54,789 nt of DNA from Candidatus Limnocylindrales bacterium (GCA_035458865.1 DATHYZ010000103.1:1-54789), one strand, 5' to 3'; shown: positions 17,904 through 28,202, counted from the first letter of the stretch. The notes: generated by a model from the sequence alone, not told the origin. Program-made: numbers and translations.

Positions 17904-19736
17904 ATGACTGACCCGAACGCGCGGACCACCGGCCCGTCCTTCGACGACACCCAGGACTTCGAGGATGCCCGGCGCGGCCTGATCGGCCGTCTCGAGCCGT
18001 GCGTCGTCCGTGCCGACGACGGCCGCGTCGTCTGGGACAACTCGAGATACGCCTTCCTGGATGGGCCTGCGCCGGACAGCGCGAACCCCAGCCTGTGGCG
18101 CCAGTCGCAGCTCGTCGCGATGGACGGGCTGTTCGAGGTCGTCCCGGGCGTCTACCAGGTCCGGGGGATGGACCTCTCGAACATCAGCTTCATCGAGGGC
18201 GACACCGGCGTCCTCGTGATCGACCCGCTCATCAGCACCGAGACCGCGAAGGCGGCCCTCGATCTGTATCGCAGGCATCGCGGCGACCGCCCGGTCGTCG
18301 GCGTCATCTACACCCACAGCCACGTCGACCACTTCGGCGGCGTGAAGGGCGTCACGACCCAGGCCGACGTCGACGCCGGGAAGTGCGTGATCATCGCGCC
18401 GGAGCACCTCGTCGAGCACGCGGTGGCGGAGAACGTCTACGCGGGCACTGCGATGGCGAGGCGGGCCGGCTACATGTACGGCGCCGCCCTCGATCGCGCA
18501 CCGGACGGCCAGATCGGCGCGGGGCTGGGCCAGACGACCTCGACCGGGACCGTGACCCTCATCCTGCCGACCGACTCCATCACGACCACCGGAGAGACGC
18601 GGGTGGTCGACGGGATCGCGATGGAGTTCCAGCTCACGCCGGGCACCGAGGCGCCAGCCGAGATGAACGTCCTGTTCCCGGACCGCAGGGCCCTCTGCAT
18701 GGCCGAGAACGCGACGCACACGCTCCACAACATCCTGACGCTCCGTGGTGCCCTGGTCCGCGATCCCCGGATCTGGTCCCGCTACCTCACGGAGGCCGTC
18801 GACCGGTTCGGCGACCGGATGGACGTGGTCTTCGCGTCGCACCATTGGCCGACCTGGGGCCGCGAGCGAGCGGTCCGCTTCCTCGAGCAGCAGCGCGACC
18901 TCTACGCCTATCTCCACGACCAGACCCTGCGCATGCTCAATGCCGGGCTGACCGGGAGCGAGATCGCCGAAGCGATGGTCCTGCCGCCGGCGCTCGAGAC
19001 TGCCTGGCACGCGCGGGGCTACTACGGCTCGGTCAGCCACAACGTCAAGGCGATCTACCAGCGCTACATGGGCTGGTACGACGGCAACCCGGCCCACCTC
19101 TGGCAGCACGTGCCCGAGGAGGCCGGCAAGCGCTACGTCGCGGCGATGGGCGGGGCGGACGCGGTCGTGGTGGAGGCGAAGCGGGCCTTCGACGCGGGCG
19201 ACTACCGCTGGGCGGCGGAGATCCTGAGCCACGTGCTCTTCGCCGACCCCGCTCATGAGGACGCGACGTCGCTCCAGGCGGATACCCTCGAGCAGCTCGG
19301 CTTCGGTGCGGAGAACGGCACCTGGCGCAGCGCGTTCCTGGCCGGTGCCACGGAGCTGCGGAAGGGCAACTTCGGCACCCCTGCCCAGACGGCGTCGCCC
19401 GACATGCTGGCTGCCCTCAGCCCGGAGCAGGTCTTCGACGCCATCGCGATCCGGGTGAACGGCCCGAAGGCCTGGGACGAGGCGCTCTCGATCGGGATCG
19501 AGCTGAGCGATGCGGGCGAGTCCTACCGCCTCGATCTGCGCAACGGCGTGCTCGTCCACCACGCGGCCCCGGTGGAGGGGGCCGACCTCGTCCTCCGCCT
19601 GCCGCGACCGGCGCTGGTCCGGCTCCTGGCCGGCAGTACGGAGGGGATGACGATCGAGGGCGACCCCGGCGTCCTGGCCCGGCTCGTCGCGGTCCTCGAG
19701 GCGCCCGACCCCGACTTCGCGATCGTCACCTCCTGA
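17904..19736 (+). CDS. Alkyl/aryl-sulfatase of the metallo-beta-lactamase fold (SdsA1/BDS1-like) with an SCP2-like C-terminal domain
   Basis: HTHSHVDHFGG (HxHxDH motif), a length of about 610 aa, and the alkyl-sulfatase dimerisation and C-terminal regions. SD AGGAG upstream of the ATG. Confidence 0.85.
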   Translation: MTDPNARTTGPSFDDTQDFEDARRGLIGRLEPCVVRADDGRVVWDNSRYAFLDGPAPDSANPSLWRQSQLVAMDGLFEVVPGVYQVRGMDLSNISFIEGDTGVLVIDPLISTETAKAALDLYRRHRGDRPVVGVIYTHSHVDHFGGVKGVTTQADVDAGKCVIIAPEHLVEHAVAENVYAGTAMARRAGYMYGAALDRAPDGQIGAGLGQTTSTGTVTLILPTDSITTTGETRVVDGIAMEFQLTPGTEAPAEMNVLFPDRRALCMAENATHTLHNILTLRGALVRDPRIWSRYLTEAVDRFGDRMDVVFASHHWPTWGRERAVRFLEQQRDLYAYLHDQTLRMLNAGLTGSEIAEAMVLPPALETAWHARGYYGSVSHNVKAIYQRYMGWYDGNPAHLWQHVPEEAGKRYVAAMGGADAVVVEAKRAFDAGDYRWAAEILSHVLFADPAHEDATSLQADTLEQLGFGAENGTWRSAFLAGATELRKGNFGTPAQTASPDMLAALSPEQVFDAIAIRVNGPKAWDEALSIGIELSDAGESYRLDLRNGVLVHHAAPVEGADLVLRLPRPALVRLLAGSTEGMTIEGDPGVLARLVAVLEAPDPDFAIVTS

Positions 19737-19777
19737 GGCGGTCTGCCCCCCGGGGGATCAAGTCGGGCTGATGCGGC

Positions 19778-22375
19778 TCATGGACTGACTCGGAGCTGCG
19801 CAAGCGCGAGCTCGAACGCGCGGTCGAAGCTGAGGCTGGCTCCCTCGGCCAGCAACGCGTCGCGGATGCGCGGCCCGAGGCGCTGGCCGAGGGCATCCTC
19901 GAACGGGGCCCACTGGTCGGCGAGCCAGGCAGGCCGACCGATCAGCTCCGCGTGGCGGGCCACGCAGAACCCGTGGAGGCGTGCGGCATCGGCGTCGTCA
20001 CCACGAGAGGCGCCCAACAGACCGAGCTGGCCGACGACCTGGGCCGCCAGCAGCGGGTCGGACCCCTGGGCCGTCCGGATGTCGGTCACGGCTGTCGCCA
20101 GCGCCTCGGCCGCCTCTCGGTGACGACCGAGGACGAGCAGGATCTCCCCGCGCATCGAGGCCGTCTCCGCCCGGGCCAGTGGGTCCGGCAGTCGGCGCGA
20201 CATGCGGTATGCGGCGGCCGTGTACGGCTCGCCCGCCCTTGGGTCGTCGCGGAGGGTGGCCGTGATGATCCCGATGCTGTGGGTCTCCCACACGATCCCG
20301 ACCAGGTCGTCGATGGCTTCCCAGACCCGCAGTGCCGCCCCGAAGGCCGCGATGGCCTCGTCAGCATGACGGCGGTAGGCCGCGATCACCCCGCGGTCGT
20401 GGAGCGCCGTGCCGAGCGGCCGGCTCGGACCGAGCGGCTCGAGGAGCGCGATGGCCCGCTCGGCCAGAGGGTCGGCCTCGTCGAGCTGCCCGATCTGCTG
20501 GGCCGACTCCACCAGGGCGAGACAGGCCCGCGCCTCGACCAGGGCATCATCGACGGCAGGCGCTGCGAGTGCACGCCGCCCGACCTCGAGACCCTCGAGC
20601 ATGAGGCCGGTCCGCCACCAGAAGTGCGCGAGCGCCCCGCTCAGTCGACGGATGCCCATGCCATCGCCATGGTCGATCGCGCGGTCGATCGCCAGCCGGA
20701 GGTTGGGAAGCTCGGCCGTCAGCACTCGCAGCCACGTCGCTGATGTCGCGCCCAGCAGCTCCGGCTCCGCCCGTTCCGCGAGGCTGACCGCCCAGGCGAC
20801 ATGGCGCTGCTCGAGGTCGTGGCGGGTTCCCGACCGTCCAAGTCGATCCACCGCGACCTCGCGCACGGTCTCGAGGAGCCCGTACCGCGGCCTGCCGAGC
20901 GGATCCATGCCCTCGATCCGGACCAGGCTCTTGTCGACGAGCGCTGCGAGCGGGCCGAGGACGTCGGTGTCGGCGATGGCCTCCGCGGCCTCGAGCGACC
21001 AGCCACCGGCGAACACGCCCAGGGCGTCGAAGAGGCTCGCCTCCTCCGCGCCCAGCAGGTCGAGGCTCCACTCGATGGTGGCCTGGAGGGTCCGTTGTCG
21101 AGCCGGCAGGTCACGGCCGCCCTCGGGCAGGGCGACCGTGCCACGACGGAGCCGCTCGAGCATCGCCTCTGGCGGGACGAGATCGGCTCGTGCCGCGGCG
21201 AGCTCGACGGCGAGGGGCAGGCCGTCGAGGCGCCGACCGAGCTCCTCAATCGCCGCCAGCGTCGCCGGAGGGAGGCCCGCCACGTCCAGTCCAGCGCGAT
21301 CGCAGAACAGCCGGGCACAGGCCGATGGGCCGTCGGCACCGTCATCCTCGAGCGGACCGACGACGACGGACCGTTCCCCGCGAAGGCGTAGCCGCTCGCG
21401 GCTCGTCGCCAGGATCCTGAGGGTCGGGGCGCCCTCGAGCAGGCGGGCCAGGACGGATGCGCCATCGATCACCTGCTCGAGGTTGTCGATCACCAGGAGC
21501 AGGTCGCGATCGCGGAGCCAGCGGGCCATCGCCGCCTCAGGCGTCTCGTCGCCGATCGGGCGCACGCCGAGCGTCGCTGCGACGGTCGTGGCGATGAGCC
21601 CAGGGTCGCGGATCGGTGCGAGATCCACGAACGCCGCGCCGTCGGAGAAGCCGTCGATCACGCGACCGGCGACCTCGACCGCCAGCCGGGTCTTCCCGGA
21701 GCCGCCAGGCCCGACGAGGCTGACGAGCCGGGCCGCGGCGAGCGCGGTCTCGGTCGCGACGACCTCCTGCTCGCGGCCGACGAACGTCGTCGCTGGCCGG
21801 GGCACGTTGTCGAAGCGACCAGCCATGGACCGGATCGGCGGGAAGGTCGTCGGGACACCCGGCCCGTCGAGCTGATGGATCTGCTCCGCCTCCACCAGGT
21901 CCTTGAGCCGATGCCGCCCGAGGTCGCGAACGGTCAGGTCGGGATCGCGGTCGTGGATAGCCGCAGCCACCTCGCCCGAGAGCAGCGTCTGGCCGCCATG
22001 GGCCAGGGCCAGGATCCTCGCCGCCCGGAACAACGCCGGACCGACGTAGTGCGTCCCGTGTCGCTCGACCGGGCCCGCGTGCAGGGCGATGCGGACCCGG
22101 ACCTCGCCCAGCTCGCCCCAGTCGTGCCCGAGCATCGCTCGCTGGACCGCGAGCGCCCCTCGGGCCCCGGCGAGGGGGTCGGCGAAGGCTGCGTAGACGG
22201 CGTCCCCGACGGTCTCGAAGATCACCCCGCCGTTGGCCGTGACCGCCTCGGCGGCCAGGTCGTGGTGGGCGGTGAGCGCCTCGGTCAGTCGATCGCCGAA
22301 GCGCTCGAGCAGGCGGGTCGACCCCTCGACGTCGGTGAAGAGGAACGTGACCGTGCCCTCCGGCAGCGATCCCAT
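19778..22375 (-). CDS. Class III nucleotidyl-cyclase domain fused to a STAND/NB-ARC-like P-loop NTPase and a TPR-like helical C-terminus
   Basis: Cyclase motifs FLFTDVEGST and ETVGDAVYAAF; Walker A GPGGSGKT; Walker B LLLVIDNLE; a long helical repeat region. No DNA-binding domain is visible. Confidence 0.85.
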   Translation of the reverse strand: MGSLPEGTVTFLFTDVEGSTRLLERFGDRLTEALTAHHDLAAEAVTANGGVIFETVGDAVYAAFADPLAGARGALAVQRAMLGHDWGELGEVRVRIALHAGPVERHGTHYVGPALFRAARILALAHGGQTLLSGEVAAAIHDRDPDLTVRDLGRHRLKDLVEAEQIHQLDGPGVPTTFPPIRSMAGRFDNVPRPATTFVGREQEVVATETALAAARLVSLVGPGGSGKTRLAVEVAGRVIDGFSDGAAFVDLAPIRDPGLIATTVAATLGVRPIGDETPEAAMARWLRDRDLLLVIDNLEQVIDGASVLARLLEGAPTLRILATSRERLRLRGERSVVVGPLEDDGADGPSACARLFCDRAGLDVAGLPPATLAAIEELGRRLDGLPLAVELAAARADLVPPEAMLERLRRGTVALPEGGRDLPARQRTLQATIEWSLDLLGAEEASLFDALGVFAGGWSLEAAEAIADTDVLGPLAALVDKSLVRIEGMDPLGRPRYGLLETVREVAVDRLGRSGTRHDLEQRHVAWAVSLAERAEPELLGATSATWLRVLTAELPNLRLAIDRAIDHGDGMGIRRLSGALAHFWWRTGLMLEGLEVGRRALAAPAVDDALVEARACLALVESAQQIGQLDEADPLAERAIALLEPLGPSRPLGTALHDRGVIAAYRRHADEAIAAFGAALRVWEAIDDLVGIVWETHSIGIITATLRDDPRAGEPYTAAAYRMSRRLPDPLARAETASMRGEILLVLGRHREAAEALATAVTDIRTAQGSDPLLAAQVVGQLGLLGASRGDDADAARLHGFCVARHAELIGRPAWLADQWAPFEDALGQRLGPRIRDALLAEGASLSFDRAFELALAQLRVSP

Positions 22376-22409
22376 CCCGCCACGCTCTCGCTACGGTCCG
22401 GAGCGGGGA

Positions 22410-23450
22410 TCAGGGCGCGGCCCCGGCGCTCGCCGGGGCCTCCGCATCTGGGCTCGGCAACGTCGGTTGCCAGTGCGGGGCGCCGGCCGGTGGCGTGAAC
22501 CGGGCGACCCGGCCGATGAGGCGGCGGATGCGCAGCCCCTCGAGCGGCCCAAGGGCGTAGAACGGCATCCGGCGGAGCCAGACCGCGCTGCCCAGGCTGA
22601 CCGCATCGGCGCCGGCCCAGAAGTACTCGCGGCAATCGTCGAAGTCCCGGATGCCGGCCGTGGCGATGATCGGCAGGCGGATCCCGGCGTCCCGCAGCTC
22701 CGCCACGACCCGGAGGCCGATCGGCTTGATGGCCCGGCCGGAGATGCTGCCGTAGCGGTTCTTGAGCCAGGGCTCGCCCGTCTCCGGGTCGAGCCGCAGG
22801 CCCTTGACCGTGTTGATCGCCGTGAGGGCGGCGACCCCGTAGCGCTCGGCCATCCTGGCGTGGGCCAGGTAGTCCTCGTCCGGCGACAGCTTGAGGATGA
22901 CGGGGTGGCGGCTGAGCGGCACGGCCCGACGGAGGACGTCCTCCAGGATCGTCTCGAAGGGGAAGTTGACGTTGTGGCAGGAGACGTTGAACTCGACGGC
23001 GGCGATCTCCCCCGGCTCGACCCGCCGGTTGACGGCCTCCACGAGCTGCTCGAACTCGCCGGCCGAGAAGCCGCCCAGGGACACGATCCGGTTCAGGTGC
23101 GCCGTCCGCGGGAAGTACTCCTCCAGGTAGGCCTCGATCCCGATGTTGCACCAGCCGAAGGCGTTGATCCAGCCGGCGTCGACGCGACGGAGCGCCCGAC
23201 CGTAGAGGCGCAGCATCTGGGGGAACTCGGCCAGCGACCAGTCCTCGCGGAGGCTGAAGTGGCCCTCGCGCGGCTCGACCGTCAGGGTCCGCGTCGTCAC
23301 CGCCCCGAACCGCTCGAGCGGGACCCACTGGGCGATGGGGCTGAGCCCGTACAGGATGAGTCGGCGCTTCGACGCCCCGTAGCCGAGCAGGCTGGCGGAG
23401 GTCAGCAGCCGGTTGCGGAGCCTGATGCCGTTGAGGTCGACGAGCGTCAT
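22410..23450 (-). CDS. Dihydroorotate dehydrogenase-family (class 1-like) flavoprotein, atypical
   Basis: IRLRNRLLTSAS, EFNVSCHNV (compare the class 1 NxSCPN motif with a catalytic Cys), GSISGRAIKPIGL, ATAGIRDFDD..AGADAVSLGSAV. ATG 23450. The 528-aa ORF in the track is an upstream extension. Confidence 0.6.
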   Translation of the reverse strand: MTLVDLNGIRLRNRLLTSASLLGYGASKRRLILYGLSPIAQWVPLERFGAVTTRTLTVEPREGHFSLREDWSLAEFPQMLRLYGRALRRVDAGWINAFGWCNIGIEAYLEEYFPRTAHLNRIVSLGGFSAGEFEQLVEAVNRRVEPGEIAAVEFNVSCHNVNFPFETILEDVLRRAVPLSRHPVILKLSPDEDYLAHARMAERYGVAALTAINTVKGLRLDPETGEPWLKNRYGSISGRAIKPIGLRVVAELRDAGIRLPIIATAGIRDFDDCREYFWAGADAVSLGSAVWLRRMPFYALGPLEGLRIRRLIGRVARFTPPAGAPHWQPTLPSPDAEAPASAGAAP

Positions 23451-23576
23451 GGCGGGTGCATGGTCGCACGAACCGAGTCGCCCCCGGGGCGCGGCGGGTC
23501 GATGGCCGGTCCGGCCACCGATTATCGTGAGGCCCGTCGACGGGAGGCAGGACCGCAGCGGCGAGAGGGGAGAGCG

Positions 23577-24128
23577 GTGACGGACGCGACGGGACCACGG
23601 GACGACGCCGACGCGAAGGCGCAGCTGGGTCGCGACCTGCTCGACGTGGCGCTGCTCCGCGGCGACTTCGTCCTGAGCTCCGGCGCGCGCAGCGACTTCT
23701 ACCTGGACAAGTACCGGTTCGAGACCCGGCCGGACGTGCTGCGGCGGATCGCCCGGGGGCTCGCCGGCCTGGTGCCGGACGGCGTGGACCGCATCGCCGG
23801 GACGGAGCTCGGGGCCGTCGCCCTGGCCACCGCGCTCGCGCTCGAGTGCGATCTCCCGTTCGTGATCGTCCGCAAGGCCGCCAAGCCGTACAGCACCGAG
23901 CGGATGATCGAGGGCGAGCTCGAGGCCGGCGAGCGGGTCGTCCTGGTCGAGGACGTCGTCACGTCGGGCGCCCAGGCCATCAAGGCGGCCGTCCATCTCG
24001 TCGAAGCGGGGGCGGTGGTGGATCGCATCGTCGCCGTCGTCGATCGCGAGCAGGGAGGTCGGGCGGCCATGGCCGACGCGGGGTTCGAGCTGAGCGCCCT
24101 GTTCACGAGGACCGAGCTCGGGATCTAG
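23577..24128 (+). CDS. pyrE: Orotate phosphoribosyltransferase
   Basis: FVLSSGARSDFYLDK and the PRPP motif VVLVEDVVTSGAQ. GTG start preceded by a GAGGGGAGAG purine run. Confidence 0.9.
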   Translation: MTDATGPRDDADAKAQLGRDLLDVALLRGDFVLSSGARSDFYLDKYRFETRPDVLRRIARGLAGLVPDGVDRIAGTELGAVALATALALECDLPFVIVRKAAKPYSTERMIEGELEAGERVVLVEDVVTSGAQAIKAAVHLVEAGAVVDRIVAVVDREQGGRAAMADAGFELSALFTRTELGI

Positions 24129-24138
24129 CCCGGGGTCC

Positions 24139-25314
24139 TCAGCGGGTGCAGGGTCCCGTGTCCACGGCGCCGGTCCGTCCCAGCCCCGGCGTGATGGCCA
24201 CCGCCACGTCGGTCGGCGCCAGGGCGTAGCCGACGCTGGCGTCGCGCTTCGCCTCGGCGAAGACGAGGCCGCCCACGGTCCCGTCGGCCAGGACGAAGGG
24301 GCCGCCGCTGTCGCCGCGGTCCACGGTGGCGCGGAGCTCGAGGATCTCCCGCGAGACGAGCGCCGCGTCGTAGATGTCCCGTCCGTTCGCGGTCATCCGT
24401 CGCGTCACGGCCGCGGCCTCCACGACGAGTCCGCCGCCGCCCGGGTACCCGAGGGTCACCCCCTGGGCCCCCCGGTCCGGGTCGCTCGCCGCGAACCTGA
24501 GCGCCGGCGCGTCCAGCCCCGGCGCATGGAGGAGGGCGACGTCGAGCGCCGGATCGAAGAGCACCGGGACCGCGTCCACGGTCGCCTCGCCGAGGCGTAG
24601 CCGGGTCGTGCTGGCCCCGGCCACGACATGGGCGTTGGTGACCACGTAGCCCTCGGCCACGACGACCCCGCTCCCCACGAGCACGGTGCCGCAGGCGTTG
24701 CTGGTGACCTTCGGCGTCGATGCCTCGGCCGCCGCGCCGATGCGGGCGACCTCGGGATCGCTCGGTCGCTCGACCGGCGGCGCCGGGAACGGCTCGAGTC
24801 CCACGAAGACGTCGGGCAGGCCGGTGTCCTCGAGGGCCCGCGCCAGGTCGCCGGCGACCTCGGGCGGGGGTGGCAGCAGCAGGCCCGTGAGCCGGGAGGC
24901 CATCGAGGACGAGGCCTGCTCGGCCAGCCGGGCGAAGGGCGAGACGACGAGCAGGCCCACCACCAGCCAGACCACCAGGACGCCCTGGACGACGCCGACG
25001 GCGGAGCCCACGAGCTTCTCCGTCGCACCGAGGAGGCCGTCGCCGAGCGCCCGTCCGAGGGCCATGCCGACCCGGGCGCCTGCGACCTCGCCGACGCCGA
25101 CGGCGAGGACCAGGCCGGTGAAGACCAGGAGGGCCCGGATGAGCGGGTCGACGGACGCCAGCGGGACCAGCGCGCCCGGCAGGACCCATAGCGCGGCGAC
25201 GAGCCCGAGCACGGCGCCCCCGAGGCCCCCGAGCTGGGGCAGGGCGCCGGAGCGGAAGCCCACGAGGGCAGCCAGGGCCAGCACGAGCGCGGCCAGCAGG
25301 TCGATCGCGTTCAC
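24139..25314 (-). CDS. MarP-like membrane serine protease (CvpA-type TM N-terminus plus trypsin-like domain)
   Basis: Four predicted N-terminal TM helices. Catalytic triad motifs VTNAHVV, LDVALL and GDSGGP. Confidence 0.8.
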   Translation of the reverse strand: MNAIDLLAALVLALAALVGFRSGALPQLGGLGGAVLGLVAALWVLPGALVPLASVDPLIRALLVFTGLVLAVGVGEVAGARVGMALGRALGDGLLGATEKLVGSAVGVVQGVLVVWLVVGLLVVSPFARLAEQASSSMASRLTGLLLPPPPEVAGDLARALEDTGLPDVFVGLEPFPAPPVERPSDPEVARIGAAAEASTPKVTSNACGTVLVGSGVVVAEGYVVTNAHVVAGASTTRLRLGEATVDAVPVLFDPALDVALLHAPGLDAPALRFAASDPDRGAQGVTLGYPGGGGLVVEAAAVTRRMTANGRDIYDAALVSREILELRATVDRGDSGGPFVLADGTVGGLVFAEAKRDASVGYALAPTDVAVAITPGLGRTGAVDTGPCTR

Positions 25315-25381
25315 GGCCCCGATGGTCGCACGGGCCGGGCCGGAGCGTCCTCCACGGGTCCGGCCCCGCGAGGCCGGGGCG

Positions 25382-26035
25382 TCAGGGGACCGTCACGGTC
25401 ACCGGCGGCGCCGAGCCCTCGCCGGCCTGGAGGGTGTACTCGCCGGCCGGCAGGATCCCGAGGTCCACGAGCGTCGCCTTGTAGACGGCGATCTCGATGC
25501 AGGCGACGTCGAGCGCCGTGGGTCCCTCGAGCGGGGTGAGGGTGAAGGTCGATCCCTGGCGCTCCACCAGCACCGTGGCCAGGGTGTAGCAGGGCTCGAC
25601 GCCGCTGACCCACTCCAGCCGGGCGACGAGGCGGCCGCCCTCGATCGTCGCGGAGATGGCGTCGACGCCCACCGGATGCGGGTCGATGACGCCCGGGACG
25701 GGCTTGACGAGGTCGGCCTGGGGCTCGGGCGGGAAGGTGGCGTTCGGATCGAACGGCGGGCTCGTCACGACCGCGTCCGGGTCGCCGGCCGACGGGGGTG
25801 GCGGCTCACAGGCGGCCGGGGGTGGGTCACTGGTGGGTGCCTCGCCCTCCGCGGAGCCCGGGTCGCTGCAACCGGCTCCATCGCCCCCGCCGAACGCCGG
25901 CTCCTCCGAGCTCGCGGCGGCCGGGGTCTCCGCCGGGAGGGATCCCGGTGACGACAGGGCCGAGCAGGCCGTCATCACGATGCTGAGCACGAGCAGGAGC
26001 CCGGCGAGCGCGGGCGTGGCGGACCGGAGGTTCAT
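25382..26035 (-). CDS. Putative lipoprotein, hypothetical
   Basis: Signal peptide with a lipobox-like LSIVMTAC, followed by a Pro/Ala/Ser-rich linker and a beta-rich domain. Confidence 0.6.
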   Translation of the reverse strand: MNLRSATPALAGLLLVLSIVMTACSALSSPGSLPAETPAAASSEEPAFGGGDGAGCSDPGSAEGEAPTSDPPPAACEPPPPSAGDPDAVVTSPPFDPNATFPPEPQADLVKPVPGVIDPHPVGVDAISATIEGGRLVARLEWVSGVEPCYTLATVLVERQGSTFTLTPLEGPTALDVACIEIAVYKATLVDLGILPAGEYTLQAGEGSAPPVTVTVP

Positions 26036-26075
26036 GGCTCCCCGACGTCGCTCTCGCGGCCCGGGTTCCCGGGGA

Positions 26076-26699
26076 TCAGCCGGCTCCGGCGAGCGTGTCG
26101 ACCCTGGCCGGGTGGCTGGCCTCCCAGGCGTCGATCTCGGCCGCCTTGCCCTGCAGGTAGCCCAGCTCGTCGGTGCCGGCCAGCAGCATCACCCGGGCGA
26201 ACGGATCGACCTCGAAGTCGAGCGTCGTGCCGTCCGGGAGGAGGACGCCCTGCTCGGCCAGGTCCACGGTCAGCTCGGCGTCGGGGTCGGCCTCGAGCAT
26301 GGCGAAGAGCCGGGCGTGGGTCGCCGGGTCGACGACGATCGGCAGGACCCCGTTCTTGAGGGAGTTGTTCCGGAAGATGTCGGCGAACGAGGTCGAGAGG
26401 ATGGCCCGGATGCCCCAGGCGGCTAGGGCCCACGGCGCGTGCTCCCGCGACGACCCGGCCCCGAAGTTGTCGCCGACCAGCAGGATCCGCCGGCCGGCCA
26501 TCTCCGGCCGGTCGAGGACGAACGGCGGGTCCTTGAGGCTTCCGTCCTCCTCGAACCGCCAGTCGCGGAAGAGGGCGTCGGCCAGGCCGGCCTTGTCGGT
26601 GACCTTGAGGAAGCGGGCCGGGACGATCTGGTCGGTGTCGACGTTCTCGGCCCCCAGGGGCACGACCCGGCTGGTGAAGGCGGCGTACGGCTCGGCCAT
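26076..26699 (-). CDS. leuD: 3-isopropylmalate dehydratase small subunit
   Basis: ENVDTDQIVPARFLK, GDNFGAGSSREHAPWAL. Confidence 0.93.
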   Translation of the reverse strand: MAEPYAAFTSRVVPLGAENVDTDQIVPARFLKVTDKAGLADALFRDWRFEEDGSLKDPPFVLDRPEMAGRRILLVGDNFGAGSSREHAPWALAAWGIRAILSTSFADIFRNNSLKNGVLPIVVDPATHARLFAMLEADPDAELTVDLAEQGVLLPDGTTLDFEVDPFARVMLLAGTDELGYLQGKAAEIDAWEASHPARVDTLAGAG

Positions 26700-26702
26700 C
26701 GC

Positions 26703-28148
26703 TCAGCTCCCTCCGATGCCGACGGTCGTCTCGATCCCGGGCAGCCGCCGCGGATCGCTGACCACGCCGTGGACCGCGCTGGCCGCCGCGGTCAGCGGTG
26801 ATGCCAGGAGGGTCCGGCCTCCCTTGCCCTGGCGGCCCTCGAAGTTGCGGTTGCTCGTGCTGATCGCGTACTGGCCGGGCGTGAGCTGGTCGCCGTTCAT
26901 GGCGATGCACATCGAGCAGCCGGCCTCGCGCCACTCCGCCCCGGCGGTCCGGAAGACGTCGGCCAGGCCCTCCAGCTCGGCCTGCTTCTTCACCTCCGAC
27001 GACCCGGGCACGACCATCACCCGGACCCCCTCGGCGACCCTGCGGCCCCGGAGGACCTCGGCCGCCAGCCGGAGATCGGAGATGCGGCCGTTCGTGCACG
27101 AGCCGATGAAGACGACGTCGACCTTCTGGCCCAGGATCGCCTGGCCGGGCCGCAGGTCCATGTACTCGAGCGAGCGCTCGAGCGCCCGCCGACTGGCGGC
27201 ATCCGGCTGCTCCTCGGGCGAGGGCACCGCTGCGCTGATGGGGATCCCCATGCCGGGATTCGTGCCGTAGGTGACCATCGGCTCCAGGGTCGCCGCGTCG
27301 ATGACGATCGACCGGTCGAAGGACGCCCCATCGTCGGTCGGCAGTCCTCGCCACGACGCCACCGCGGCGTCCCAGGCGGCGCCGCTCGGCGCGTGCGGCC
27401 GGCCGGCCACGAACTCGAAGGTGGTGTCGTCCGGGGCGATGAGGCCGGCCCGGGCGCCGCCCTCGATGCTCATGTTGCAGATCGTCATCCGCTGCTCCAT
27501 GGTCAGGGCGCGGATGGCGTCGCCGCGGTACTCGAAGACGTGACCGGTGCCGCCGCCGACCCCGATCCGGGCGATGAGGGCGAGGATGATGTCCTTGGCG
27601 CTGACCCCCGGCGCCAGCCGCCCGTCGACGCGGACCTCGTAGGTCCTGGGGCGGCGCTGGAGCAGGGTCTGGGTCGCCAGGACCATCTCGACCTCGCTGG
27701 TGCCGATCCCGAAGGCGAGCGCCCCGAAGGCGCCGTGCGTGCTCGTGTGGCTGTCGCCGCAGACGATCGTCATCCCGGGCTGGGTGAGGCCCAGCTCCGG
27801 GCCGATCACGTGGACGATGCCCTGGTGGGGCGAGCCGATGCCGTGGAGGGGGATCCCGAACTCGCGGCAGTTCGCCTCGAGCTGGGCGACCTGGGCCGCC
27901 GCCATCTCGTCGAGGATCGGCAGGCTGCGGTCGTGGGTCGGGATCGAGTGGTCGGCCGTGGCCACGGTCCGCTCGGGATGGCGGACGCGCAGGCCGCGCG
28001 CCCGGAGCCCGGCGAAGGCCTGGGGGCTGGTGACCTCATGGACGAGGTGCAGGTCGATGGCCAGGACGGTCGGCGCGCCGGGGTCCTCGGCGACGACGTG
28101 CTCGTCCCAGATCTTCTCGACGAGGGTTCGCGGCTGGGTGTCGGACAC
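26703..28148 (-). CDS. leuC: 3-isopropylmalate dehydratase large subunit
   Basis: [47 protein letters not shown]. The start is placed at GTG 28148 (VSDTQPRTL). The stop lies 3 nt upstream of the leuD start. Confidence 0.93.
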   Translation of the reverse strand: MSDTQPRTLVEKIWDEHVVAEDPGAPTVLAIDLHLVHEVTSPQAFAGLRARGLRVRHPERTVATADHSIPTHDRSLPILDEMAAAQVAQLEANCREFGIPLHGIGSPHQGIVHVIGPELGLTQPGMTIVCGDSHTSTHGAFGALAFGIGTSEVEMVLATQTLLQRRPRTYEVRVDGRLAPGVSAKDIILALIARIGVGGGTGHVFEYRGDAIRALTMEQRMTICNMSIEGGARAGLIAPDDTTFEFVAGRPHAPSGAAWDAAVASWRGLPTDDGASFDRSIVIDAATLEPMVTYGTNPGMGIPISAAVPSPEEQPDAASRRALERSLEYMDLRPGQAILGQKVDVVFIGSCTNGRISDLRLAAEVLRGRRVAEGVRVMVVPGSSEVKKQAELEGLADVFRTAGAEWREAGCSMCIAMNGDQLTPGQYAISTSNRNFEGRQGKGGRTLLASPLTAAASAVHGVVSDPRRLPGIETTVGIGGS

Positions 28149-28202
28149 GGTGGCGCGGCTCGCTGCGGTTCGAAGGAGCCTAGAGGGTAGCAGAGGCGGT
28201 CC

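Noticed and set aside
19745-19762. CCCCCGGGGG palindrome between the sulfatase and cyclase genes as a terminator
   Set aside because: It is a 10-nt self-complementary run with no loop and no U-tract, so it is too weak to call.
22233-23576. Upstream part of the 631-aa ORF ending at 24128. The same applies to 8644..9735 of the 564-aa ORF ending at 10338.
   Set aside because: Only the last ~183 aa (PyrE) and ~200 aa (MarR) show family motifs. The upstream parts are antisense to well-supported genes and are Arg/Pro/Gly-rich.
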